Shown here piece by piece: positions 49,564 through 62,100 of a stretch of 64,000 bases of DNA; within the stretch, counting starts at the first letter, position 1; each line of letters starts with the position of its first letter. A program made the translations under genes and the position numbers. The DNA is taken from assembly GCA_907165135.1 (NCBI GenBank), contig OU015567.1:15996001-16060000 (forward strand), given 5' to 3'. The stretch comes from Oikopleura dioica. Its lineage: Eukaryota > Animalia > Chordata. The notes beneath the pieces were generated by a model. The model saw only the letters and a program-made list of their open reading frames with translations, had not been told where the DNA came from and did no database searches.

Positions 49564-52500
49564 TAAATGAAAACTCCAAAATGGCGGGTTTTGAATTCAA
49601 CGCAATCAAAAGTAACTAAGTATTTAAATTCTACTGGCGATTGCGCTTTGAATATTCAAATGTTTTTAACATGCATGTTTATTAAATATTTTCTGGTGGA
49701 GAAAAATTGAATAGTGGTATTTCAATGATTTTTGAAAATGAAGCGCATCGTGGTGCGCTTAATAGTGATATTTTGGTGCGGGTTGAAATGGAGTCGCATT
49801 GATTGCGAATTCATAAGAGCTGCGGAGCGGGTCGGAATGTTCTTGCATTGAGGTGCATGAGCATAGGAGCGGATTCAGGTGGAGAGTCAAGTGATTTTTG
49901 TCATTTTTTTTTGAGTGAAATTTTTGGAAAGGGGTTAATCGTTTTTGTTTTAGATGTCTTCGGGCATAGTGAAAAGATGTGTTCAATTGGAAACGGCGAC
50001 ATTGCCCTACTTGAAATGGCTCGCGAAAAAACACGGGGTTAATGGGAGTAATGTGAATAAGGAGCCACTTTTGGCGATGCTCATGGAGCTTGAATTGGGG
50101 TCTGTGTTCAAGGTTACGCTTACTGAGGATCGGCATGGGGAGGCATATTTGATTCCAATCGATGGGATCACTAAATTTGAGGATGAGAAAAAGCGAGGAT
50201 ATGCCACAGATTATACTTTAGATGAGGCGCGTAAACAATTCGCTATTGGCGAATCAAAGGAAATTTTTCGATTTGACGAGAATTCAATCAAGCAAGGTGA
50301 ATATGGGACATCAGATCAAGACTGTCGTGCAGTCATGCTCGAGTTTTACACTGCAACAAATCAATTCAAAGAGTTCAAATTTGATGGCGCGAAAATTTTG
50401 AAGCGAAAAGGAGCCGTGTCTATCGAGGAGCCAGCCAAAACTAATGAGGACTATGATATTGAGTTTGAGGGATCGTACATGTGGGACGATGAAGTTGACA
50501 AATTGGGAGTATTTGGGGAGAATATTCGTAAGAGCAAGCAATATTTAGAGACGCGACAGTTAAATTTAGAGGCTGAAATGTTGCAAAACCAAGTCCTCGC
50601 GCAAATGCGCAAAAATGCTGAATCTCGAATAAAATTGATGAAGGCCTCAATGAATAATTTGAGTAAGCAGTCAAATGAATATGAGCGAGATCTTGAAGAG
50701 GTGCGAGGTATGAGGGATGAAGTTGATGAAGTGAGGCGGTTAAGAGATCTTGCTAGTGACAAAGAAGCGGAGTATGCTCAAGGGTCCGAGAATTTGCGCG
50801 GGAATGCTTACGAGAGAACTCCGAGTCAGCCTCAAAATATAAGATATGGTTATGATCGATTCGGTAACTGGGCAGGAAATGATTTTGGATCAAAGGGTCT
50901 CTCGAGCAAATTGAAATTGCCAGTACTTTTCGACAAGAAAGATGGGGAGAACAAATTTCATGATGTCAATAACTGGTTTATGAATTGTTGCTTTCTTATG
51001 GATCTTCAAAATATTACATCGCGGAAAGCGCGACTTGCAAACATGGTGGCGCACATCGGGGACCCACACCAGGCATTGGTGACCAAGGCGCTTAAATTAA
51101 AAAGGGAACCGAATGAAAATGATGTTCTCCAGGAGCTCTTGCGTCTACTCAATTACAATAGAAATTTCATCGAGCAGGAGATCGATCGATTCCAAATAAT
51201 CAGATAAAAGCAACTTTTGACACAATTCCACGAGCTGCGAAATTTGGTCGGACTTTTGAATAATCATATTGATGGAAAGAATGGGGAAAGCGCAATTGAT
51301 GCAATTACGTTACGCGAGTTCAAGGGGAAATTGCCTAAGTCGATCTCCAATCAAATTCTTTTCCGAATCGGGTGCGAGGATAGAAACCCGGAAGAAATCA
51401 TTCGATTTGCCCAGCAAATAATAGACAGTACCCCCGCTGAATCAAGTGTGAATAATTTGAAAGATGAAACTGATTCGGAAACGAACGCCCTGAAGGCGAA
51501 AAAATGGGGCGAGAAAAAGGGTGACAGACCAACGAGTCGCGGGATTGAATCGTTGCGCAATAAATGCTACGTTTGCGGAAGGGCAAATCACACGGCGAGA
51601 GAGTGTTTTTATAAGTCGAAAAGCGGATGTTTCAGATGTGGAGATTCATCACACCGAGTTCAGGATTGTACGAAGCCATTACGTAGACCTCAGAAGGACT
51701 CCTCTTCTCAAGGAGAACGCAAAGAAGAAAAGAAGTCGACTGTCCCACCAGCCGGATATATTTGTAGAATTTGTAACGTTCCAGGGCACTGGATTCAAGA
51801 ATGTCCTGAAAGAGCTCAGAAGAGGGATTAATCAGCAATATGAGCTCGTTACCAACCGTTTTGGTAACGATATGTCAATTTTTAGGGATATCAAAAGTCG
51901 AGAAGGGGCCATTTTGTTTTTTAGTTGATACTGGTTCTGAGAAAAGTTTTGTCAAAAAGGGTCTTCTTGAGGGTTCTTCTATTAAATTCTGTCCAAGAAA
52001 ACGTGCGTTATGCATCGGAAACGCGGCGGGTTCAACAATGTGTAGAGTAATAGAGAAAATTGATTGTGACATCCGAATTGAAGGCTTGGATAGTTCAGTT
52101 TGTTGTATTAATGTTGAAATAAACGTCTGGAATAATGATCTTTCATATGATGGGATTTTGGGGTTTGATGTTCTGAAATTTATTGATCTTAAACGTGTTC
52201 TGAATTCGAGGGTTCTGTATTTGAATAATATGCAAATAGTCGAAGATGATTTTGAGGAGTATCCGTGGGTTATTTTAGATAATCCAGACATGAGCAAAAG
52301 AGGAAAGTGCATTTTAGTGAGGGCAGATGTTTATGTTCCACCGCATGGCCACGCATGGGCCAGAATCAATCATCAATTAAAGAAAGTTTTTACTGACACA
52401 GATTTCGAGCTTCTTGAAAATGGAATTTACGCGAACTTGAATCGAGAACTTGACTCATCAAGGACATTAATTAAACTTGAAAATCACACGGGCATTGGGG

Positions 52501-55022
52501 TTCTTGTAAGCGAAAATTTTCCAATCTTAGAGATAGTTGAGCGGTATCAAATTAATTTCCTGAGGGAGATGGGGCAAATTGAAAATTTTGAGAGAGTTGT
52601 TCATGAAAAAGAAATCGAAATATGGCGCGAGCGGCGTAATCAATTAGTCAACGAGTCAGATATTTCAGCAGAAATTCTAGCAGCCGCAGAAGGAGCTCCT
52701 CAAGAGTATAAACCGGGGCTTATAGTTGTTCTCAATAAGCATAATTGGATTTATTCAAGAAATTCGAGTGATTGTGGATACAGTTGTAGTTTTGTTGCAG
52801 ACCTTGTTATTGATGATGCAGGGGTTCCTACTTTTGCTAAACCGTATAATATTGACAATAGTCAATTACCAGCTGTAGAGGGAAAATTAACGGAGATGGA
52901 GACTGCTGGGATAAGAAGATTGGGAAATTCTGGATGGAACGCCCCTCTGCTAACTGTTCCAAAATCTGATGGGTCAATTAGAATCGTTCAAAATTATAGC
53001 GGGGCATCGAGGGGACAAAAATCGCTTAATGAGAGGTTAATTCTGCCGAAGTGGCCAATTCAGACAATAAGAACGATCCTTACCACTATTTCGAGATATA
53101 TCACGGAGTTGAAATCTGATTTTCCAGGGGAACAAATATATTTTTCCAGCATCGATATTCGTAATGCTTTCTATACTCTCGCTTAAAGACAAGGAAAAAG
53201 GGAATATTCTTCTTTTATATTTAATGACAAGCAGTTTGAGTATCTAAAAATGTCGCAAGGTTTGGCGACATCGCCGTCGACGTTTACAGCTTTTATAAGT
53301 AAATTTTTCGCGAAAATTGAGGTCAAAGAGAAAAACCTTTTTCGGTTCATCTGTTATATGGATGATATCCTGGTTATAACCGTTGGGAAACATTTCAATA
53401 AAGCGATTGATAAGATTTTTACTTTGTTCCAACAAGAAAATGTGGTTGTTTCATTGAAAAAATGCAGCTTTTATAAAGCGGATACAAAATTTTTGGGCTT
53501 CTTGATCTCTGAGAAAGGTTATCGTGCGGACTTGAAAAAGATCGAGGGTATTTTGAATCTAAAATATCCGGAAACGTCGAAAGAGGCACAGAGGTGGCTA
53601 GGGACTGTAAATTATTTTAATCGTCTTATTCGAGGTGCTTCTGAGTTGCTTACTTCCTTCGCGAAAGAATCTGGCAAAGGGAAAAAGTATATGCTCACTG
53701 AACAGATTAAGGCGGACATTGATGAATTAAAAAGGCGAATCAAAGTAAATGGGGTGCAAATGATCCATTTAAAATATTATAACGGGACAGATGGGAACTA
53801 TTGTTTCGTGGCAAGCGATTCCTCACTTTACGCTACTGGGGGAGCACTTGGAAATTGTCATTTATATGATAATGAAGTGAGCGATATTCAGTTCGCGGAA
53901 TTTTGTAGTAGAAAGCTGGACGAGCAGGAGGTACTGCTCTCGGCCAGGTCCAGGGAACTTATTGCGCTATCGACCTGTTTGCAGTCGTTTTCAGATATAT
54001 TAGCGAAAGATATGCCTTTACTGGCTATTGTGGATCACAAGTCTTTGACTGAAGTACTCAAAAATATAAACTTTAGAGGCGCCGGGCAAACGAGGGTTCG
54101 TAAGGCGTTTGCCGTGTTATTGGATTTTCCGAATCTTAGAATTTTACACTGTGCAGGGACATCGGAGGTTATCAACGTCGTCGATTTTATAAGCCGAAAT
54201 AGCAATTTTATCATTGATGAAATAAATCCACGAATTTTCAGTCCGAAAAATTTAGAGCTTGAGCTTTCTTGTGTTAATAATTTGACAGAAATTGGAAAGG
54301 TCGTTCACGAGATCGACATTAAAAATCTCATAAGGGCGCAGAGGGAAGATTTTAAGGATATTTATGAGGAGTCAAACGGCGAGTTCCGAACGATTGGAGA
54401 TAAGGAGTACGCTTTGCAAAATGATCTTTTATTTCAAAGGGTGAAATCGGGGGCGAATTTGCTAATGATCCCACCATCTCAAGCGAAAGAGGTCGTTCAA
54501 TTTTTGCATGTGGGTTGCATGCATGCTTGTCGGCAGGAGATTTTAACAAAAGTGAGAATGTACAAGATTTTAATAAAAAATAAGCAGCGAATCATTGATG
54601 AAGTCCTTAGATATTGTACGTACTGCAAGATTCGCATGACAACTAAACATTCTTTTGAAAAGCAGCAGTATTTGAGGGAGCCTGCTTTAAAGTCACTTGA
54701 GAAAATCCATTTGGATGTCGTTGACATCAGAACGAATGAGGGAAAAAGCAATCTATTTATCTCTTTTGTAGACGAATTCAGCAGAAAACTTTTTATCAAG
54801 AAAGTCAGAAATAAAAGTGGAAGTTACTCGATTGTTATAAATGATAACGGCAAAGAATTTGTCAGCGCGGCGGTGCGGGAAGCACTTAAGGTTCTCAATA
54901 TAAACAGGGCATTAATTCTTTGCCCTGTTTTGTTCATTGTTCTGAGAACAGCCAAATTTGAGGCTTTAATAAGCCAAATTTCAGTTTTCACCCGATTTTC
55001 AGAAAGCAAGCTGTTCATGTGA
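49564..55022 (+). mobile_element. Defective Ty3/gypsy retrotransposon, array copy 2 (type B, no solo-LTR insertion)
   Basis: Gag 49954-51831 with three CCHC knuckles; pol 51840-55022; the same two in-frame TAA stops (51205-51207, 53184-53186); the same truncated integrase. Confidence 0.92.
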
Positions 55023-55528
55023 ATGCTCCAAGAAGCCCGACCATTCGTAAGGCCGTTGACGATGCTGCCAGAGCCTCAGTCAAGAAAATTGAGTACAAGA
55101 TTGACAAAGACCTCAACCATTACAAGTCGCTGACAGTCCGTGGCCACTATGTCTGCGTCAACAGATTTGCTGAGTCTGTTTTTGGAATCTTCAAGAAGGC
55201 TGAACTAGACAAGGCTTCAGCCACAACTGAAACAGTGATTGAGCTAACGATCGCAAGAAAGAACAACCTCGAATTCTACTTGGATAACTTGTCCGACTCC
55301 GAGATCAAATCACTTTGCCAGAAAATTGATGGAAAGAAAGCTTTTCAAAACTACCGTTTTGCAAGAATCGCCACTCAGCTCAAGCTACAAGAATTCGCCG
55401 CAAAACGCCGAGAATCGATTGCAAGGGAGAAATCTGGAAAACAACTGAAAAAAGAATTGAAGAAGGAAAACAAAACGCCTCTCAGGTCTTCGCTAACGAA
55501 AAGAAGAAAAATCGCCAAAGAACTCTGA
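55019..55528 (+). CDS. Second copy of the captured 169-aa ORF
   Basis: Identical to 46268-46777 except N->Y in HNVC/HYVC. Confidence 0.4.
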   Translation: MNAPRSPTIRKAVDDAARASVKKIEYKIDKDLNHYKSLTVRGHYVCVNRFAESVFGIFKKAELDKASATTETVIELTIARKNNLEFYLDNLSDSEIKSLCQKIDGKKAFQNYRFARIATQLKLQEFAAKRRESIAREKSGKQLKKELKKENKTPLRSSLTKRRKIAKEL

Positions 55529-55957
55529 TTAATTGAATAATAACAGCTGTTTTTACTGCCTAAGACTGATCAAAATATACTATTTATTCTAATTTCCGCT
55601 CAGTAAATTGATTACGATTAGCGCGCGCTCGGTGTGAAACAGCGCTAAAAATAAATGCTTGTTCTGAGAGCTTCTCAGGGTTATTAAAGGCTTAAATGGT
55701 GAGCTCTTTCGAGAAAATATCACGAAGAAAAGGTTTGCTGGCAAGATAACTTTATTCAAACCATTTTTGGAATGAAAAAAATAAACTGAAAGGCTAGTAT
55801 AAGGGGTACCATCCTCGAAAGTTTGAAGCGCTCTCACCATGTGAAGATATGTAAAAAATAAATACATATTTGGAATCAGCGAAAAAAACTGTACTTGATG
55901 ATAAATTTTCACAGTTATCGGAGCACCTTGATTTTTCCGTGAAAGTCCCTAGCTATA

Positions 55958-56583
55958 ATGAATCGCCCAAAAACGAGGTCAAAATTTTGAAACTTCGTTT
56001 TTCGCCCTAATTTAATTTGCAGCGTTTCCGCCGTCTTTTGAGCGTCATTTTGGTTGATTCTGAGCCTCTTAAAACCAACAGAAAAAATTCAAAAAAAAAT
56101 TAATTTTTCGATGGTCTTCTCTATCATGAATCGCCCAAAAACGAGGTCAAAATTTTGAAACTTCGTTTTTCGCCCTTATTTTATTTGAAGCGTTTCCGCC
56201 GTCTTCAAAGCGTCATTTTGGTCGATTCTGAGCCTCTCAAAACCAACAGAAAAAATTCAAAAAATATTTTTTCGATGGTCTTCGCTATCATGAATCGCCC
56301 AAAAACGAGGTCAAAATTTTGAAACTTCGTTTTTTGCCCTTTTTTTAATTGCAGCGTTTCTGCCGTCTTTCGAGCGTCATTTTGGTTGATTCTGAGCCTC
56401 TTTAAACCAACAGAAAAAAATTCAAAAAAAAAAAAATTTTTTCGATGGTCTTCGCTATCATGAATCGCCCAAAAACGAGGTCGAAATTCTGAAACTTCGT
56501 TTTTCGCCCTTATTTTATTTGCAGCGTTTCCGCCGTCTTCGAAGCGTCATTTTGGTCGATTTTGAGCCTCTCAAAACCAACAG
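55958..56583. repeat. ~170-bp tandem satellite, second block
   Basis: Same units as 47207-47840. Confidence 0.92.
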
Positions 56584-56918
56584 TAATACCACTAGGGAAA
56601 CAGCTGCTCTACAACTACGTACTTCATCAGGAAAAAATAATTGAAGAGAAATATTTCAAACCCGTCGTAGTTCTAATTCACGGCAAAAATTTATTTTTAT
56701 TCGAAATCTTATGTGATGATCTCACTCATAACTTATATTGTCCATAAAGAGTAAATCACAAAATATAGTTTTCAAGTTTTGTATTTTATTACATTTATGT
56801 GTTTGAGTTTCAGGCTAACATAAAGTTACTTAAATCTAAGAGGTTGCATCGTTTATAAAGGGCGCATTTTTACAGCAAAGTTTTTTCTTTGCTTGTTAGC
56901 ATTTGTTCAAACAACAAA

Positions 56919-58418
56919 CGTTTTTTGGCGTTTTCAGATGATTTTCAGGTCATAAAAATCAAAAAAAAAAATCAAGAAAAATTCTGATTCGTTTTTTGGC
57001 GTTTTCAGATGATTTTCAGGTCATAAAAATCAAAAAAAATCAAGAAAAATTCTGATGCGTTTTTTGGCGTTTTCAGATGATTTTTGGTCATAAACATCAA
57101 ACAAAAATCAAGAAAAATTCTGATGCGTTTTATGGCGTTTTCAGATGATTTTCAGGTCATGAAAATAAAGAAAAAATCAAGGAAAATTCTGATGCGTTTT
57201 TTGGCGTTTTCAGATGAAATTCAGCTTATAAAAATCAAAAAATAAAATCAAGAAAAATTCTGATGCGTTCTCTGACGTTTTCAGATGATTTTCAGGTCAT
57301 AAAAATCAAAAAAAAATCAAGAAAAATTCTGATGCGTTTTTTGGCGTTTTCAGATGATTTTTGGTCATAAACATCAAACAAAAATCAACAAAAATTCTGA
57401 TGCGTTTTTTGGCGTTTTCAGATGATTTTCAGGTCATGAAAATAAAGAAAAAATCAAGAAAAATTCTGATGCGTTTTTTTGCGTTTTCAGATGAAATTCA
57501 GGTCATAAAAGTCAAAAAAAATCAACAAAAATTCTGATGCGTTTTTTGGCGTTTTCAGATGATTTTCAGGTCATGAAAATAAAGAAAAATCAAGAAAAAT
57601 TCTAATGCGTTTTTTGGCGTTTTCAGATGAAATTCAGGTCATAAAAATCAAAAAAAATCAAGAAAAATTCTGATGCGTTTTTTGGCGTTTTAAGATGATT
57701 TACAATTCATAAATTTCAAAAAAAATCAAGAAAAATTCTGATGCGTTTTTTGGCGTTTTCAGATGATTTTCAGGTCATAAAAATCAAAGAAAAAAAATCA
57801 AGAAAAATTTTGAAGCGTTTTTTGGCGTTATCAGATGATTTTTAGGTCATAAAAATCAAAAAAAAAGAAAAGAAAAATTCTGATGCGTTTTTTGACGTTT
57901 TCAGATGATTTTCAGGCCATAAAAATCAAAACAAAATCAAGAAAAATTCTGATGCGTTTTTTGGCGTTTTTAGATGATTTTCAGTTCATAAAAATCAAAA
58001 AAAATATCAAGAAATATTCTGATGCGTTTTTTGTCGTTTTCAGATGATTTTCAGTTCAAAAAAATCATAAAAAATCAAGAAAAATTCTGATGCGTTTTTT
58101 GGCGTTTTCAAGTTATTTTCTGGTCATAAAAATCATAAAAAAATCAAGAATAATTCTGGTGCGTTTTTTGGCGTTTTCAGATGATTTTCAGTTCATTAAA
58201 ACCAAAAAAACAAAAAAATTCTGATGCGTTTTTTGGCGTTTTCAGATGATTTTCAGGCCATAAAAATCAAAAAAAAAATCAAGGAAAATTCTGATGCGTT
58301 TTTTGGCGTTTTCAGATGATTTTCAGAACATAAAAATCAAAAAATCAAGAAAAATTCTGATGCGTTTTTTGGCATTTTCCGATGATTTTCAGGTCATTAA
58401 AATCATAAAAAAAATCAA
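56919..58418. repeat. ~68-bp tandem satellite, second block, ~22 units
   Basis: Same consensus as 48175-49555. Confidence 0.95.
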
Positions 58419-58456
58419 AATTCATTTTACTTTGAATCTGAGAGAAAGTTTTTTAA

Positions 58457-58604
58457 CCCCCATCGGTACGTGTCCATTTTGGACATTTTTTATTTTGGCC
58501 ATATCTTTTTCATTAAAAAGATTCAATATTTCATCCCTCTTAGCAGCAATCGTAAAAAATAAAAATCAAAAATGTCCATGTTGGACACGTAATAACGATG
58601 GGGG
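58457..58604. mobile_element. 148-bp piggyBac-like MITE, second copy (part of the higher-order duplication)
   Basis: TTAA|CCCCCATCG...CGATGGGGG|TTAA with the same flanks as 39903-40050. Confidence 0.85.
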
Positions 58605-59195
58605 TTAACAGATTCTACGCCTGCCTTACTTACAATGGACGTTTTGAACGATCAAAAAGCATATTTGAAACATTTAATGGAAAATATATTTTTTTTTATT
58701 TTTAAATTTTTGATCTGAGTGGGGGGAAAGCAGTTTTCATTCTGCGACACCGCAACAATAAAATTGTTGAAATCAAATGGGGACATTTCAAGAAAAAGGG
58801 ACATTTCAATAGAAATACACATTTCAAGTAAAGCGGACATTTCAATAGCATCAAAGATGATGCATATGACCAAAAATGAATATGACCAAGGAGAATCAAT
58901 CGAATGAGAATATTTTTCAAGAATCAAGCCAACAAGAATCTGGTCACAAGAATCTGGTCACAAGAATCTGGTCATAAGAATCTGGTCATGAGAATCCGAC
59001 CAATGAGAATCTGAGAATGAGAATCTGACCATTGAGAATCTGAACAATAAGAATCCGACCTATGAGAATCTGACCAATGAGAATCAAGCTTCAAAAATTA
59101 AAATATTTTTCTAAAATAGCAATTATATTTATTTTAATTTAATGTTTTGAAGGCATTTAAATCATGTTTATTTCGATAAAAATACAAACACTGAT

Positions 59196-62100
59196 TGTAA
59201 ATGAAAACTCCAAAATGGCGGGTTTTGAATTCAACGCAATCAAAAGTAACTAAGTATTTAAATTCTACTGGCGATTGCGCTTTGAATATTCAAATGTTTT
59301 TAACATGCATGTTTATTAAATATTTTCTGGTGGAGAAAAATTGAATAGTGGTATTTCAATGATTTTTGAAAATGAAGCGCATCGTGGTGCGCTTAATAGT
59401 GATATTTTGGTGCGGGTTGAAATGGAGTCGCATTGATTGCGAATTCATAAGAGCTGCGGAGCGGGTCGGAATGTTCTTGCATTGAGGTGCATGAGCATAG
59501 GAGCGGATTCAGGTGGAGAGTCAAGTGATTTTTGTCATTTTTTTTTGAGTGAAATTTTTGGAAAGGGGTTAATCGTTTTTGTTTTAGATGTCTTCGGGCA
59601 TAGTGAAAAGATGTGTTCAATTGGAAACGGCGACATTGCCCTACTTGAAATGGCTCGCGAAAAAACACGGGGTTAATGGGAGTAATGTGAATAAGGAGCC
59701 ACTTTTGGCGATGCTCATGGAGCTTGAATTGGGGTCTGTGTTCAAGGTTACGCTTACTGAGGATCGGCATGGGGAGGCATATTTGATTCCAATCGATGGG
59801 ATCACTAAATTTGAGGATGAGAAAAAGCGAGGATATGCCACAGATTATACTTTAGATGAGGCGCGTAAACAATTCGCTATTGGCGAATCAAAGGAAATTT
59901 TTCGATTTGACGAGAATTCAATCAAGCAAGGTGAATATGGGACATCAGATCAAGACTGTCGTGCAGTCATGCTCGAGTTTTACACTGCAACAAATCAATT
60001 CAAAGAGTTCAAATTTGATGGCGCGAAAATTTTGAAGCGAAAAGGAGCCGTGTCTATCGAGGAGCCAGCCAAAACTAATGAGGACTATGATATTGAGTTT
60101 GAGGGATCGTACATGTGGGACGATGAAGTTGACAAATTGGGAGTATTTGGGGAGAATATTCGTAAGAGCAAGCAATATTTAGAGACGCGACAGTTAAATT
60201 TAGAGGCTGAAATGTTGCAAAACCAAGTCCTCGCGCAAATGCGCAAAAATGCTGAATCTCGAATAAAATTGATGAAGGCCTCAATGAATAATTTGAGTAA
60301 GCAGTCAAATGAATATGAGCGAGATCTTGAAGAGGTGCGAGGTATGAGGGATGAAGTTGATGAAGTGAGGCGGTTAAGAGATCTTGCTAGTGACAAAGAA
60401 GCGGAGTATGCTCAAGGGTCCGAGAATTTGCGCGGGAATGCTTACGAGAGAACTCCGAGTCAGCCTCAAAATATAAGATATGGTTATGATCGATTCGGTA
60501 ACTGGGCAGGAAATGATTTTGGATCAAAGGGTCTCTCGAGCAAATTGAAATTGCCAGTACTTTTCGACAAGAAAGATGGGGAGAACAAATTTCATGATGT
60601 CAATAACTGGTTTATGAATTGTTGCTTTCTTATGGATCTTCAAAATATTACATCGCGGAAAGCGCGACTTGCAAACATGGTGGCGCACATCGGGGACCCA
60701 CACCAGGCATTGGTGACCAAGGCGCTTAAATTAAAAAGGGAACCGAATGAAAATGATGTTCTCCAGGAGCTCTTGCGTCTACTCAATTACAATAGAAATT
60801 TCATCGAGCAGGAGATCGATCGATTCCAAATAATCAGATAAAAGCAACTTTTGACACAATTCCACGAGCTGCGAAATTTGGTCGGACTTTTGAATAATCA
60901 TATTGATGGAAAGAATGGGGAAAGCGCAATTGATGCAATTACGTTACGCGAGTTCAAGGGGAAATTGCCTAAGTCGATCTCCAATCAAATTCTTTTCCGA
61001 ATCGGGTGCGAGGATAGAAACCCGGAAGAAATCATTCGATTTGCCCAGCAAATAATAGACAGTACCCCCGCTGAATCAAGTGTGAATAATTTGAAAGATG
61101 AAACTGATTCGGAAACGAACGCCCTGAAGGCGAAAAAATGGGGCGAGAAAAAGGGTGACAGACCAACGAGTCGCGGGATTGAATCGTTGCGCAATAAATG
61201 CTACGTTTGCGGAAGGGCAAATAACACGGCGAGAGAGTGTTTTTATAAGTCGAAAAGCGGATGTTTCAGATGTGGAGATTCATCACACCGAGTTCAGGAT
61301 TGTACTGTGGGAGAAGGTCCCCTCCTCTTAGGCATAGTAACTGGCCCTAATGGCGGACAAAGTCCCCGGAGAAGTAGTGCAGTGGTAGCACACCGGTTCA
61401 TGAACACGGAGGTCCCTGGTTCGACCCCAGGCTTCTTCAATACTTTTCACTCGCCTTTGCCTGATCCTACAGTACGAAGCCATTACGTAGACCTCAGAAG
61501 GACTCCTCTTCTCAAGGAGAGCGCAAAGAAGAAAAGAAGTCGACTGTCCCACCAGCGGGATATATTTGTAGAATTTGTAACGTTCCAGGGCACTGGATTC
61601 AAGAATGTCCTGAAAGAGCTCAGAAGAGGGATTAATCAGCAATATGAGCTCGTTGCCAACCGTTTTGGTAACGATATGTCAATTTTTGGGGATATCGAAA
61701 GTCGAGAAAGGGCCATTTTGTTTTTTAGTTGATACTGGTTCTGAGAAAAGTTTTGTTAAAAAAGGTCTTCTTGAGGGTTCTTCTATTAAATTCTGTCCAA
61801 GAAAACGTGCGTTATGCATCGGAAACGCGGCGGGTTCAACAATGTGTAGAGTAACGGAGAAAATTGATTGTGACATCCGAATTGAAGGCTTGGATAGTTC
61901 AGTTTGTTGTATTAATGTTGAAATAAACGTCTGGAATAATGATCTTTCATATGATGGGATTTTGGGGTTTGATGTTCTGAAATTTATTGATCTTAAACGT
62001 GTTCTGAATTCGAGGGTTCTGTATTTGAATAATATGCAAATAGTCGAAGATGATTTTGAGGAGTATCCGTGGGTTATTTTAGATAATCCAGACATGAGCA

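Noticed and set aside
47207-58418. CRISPR-like appearance of the regular repeats
   Set aside because: No unique spacers, no cas genes and a eukaryotic context; these are tandem satellites.
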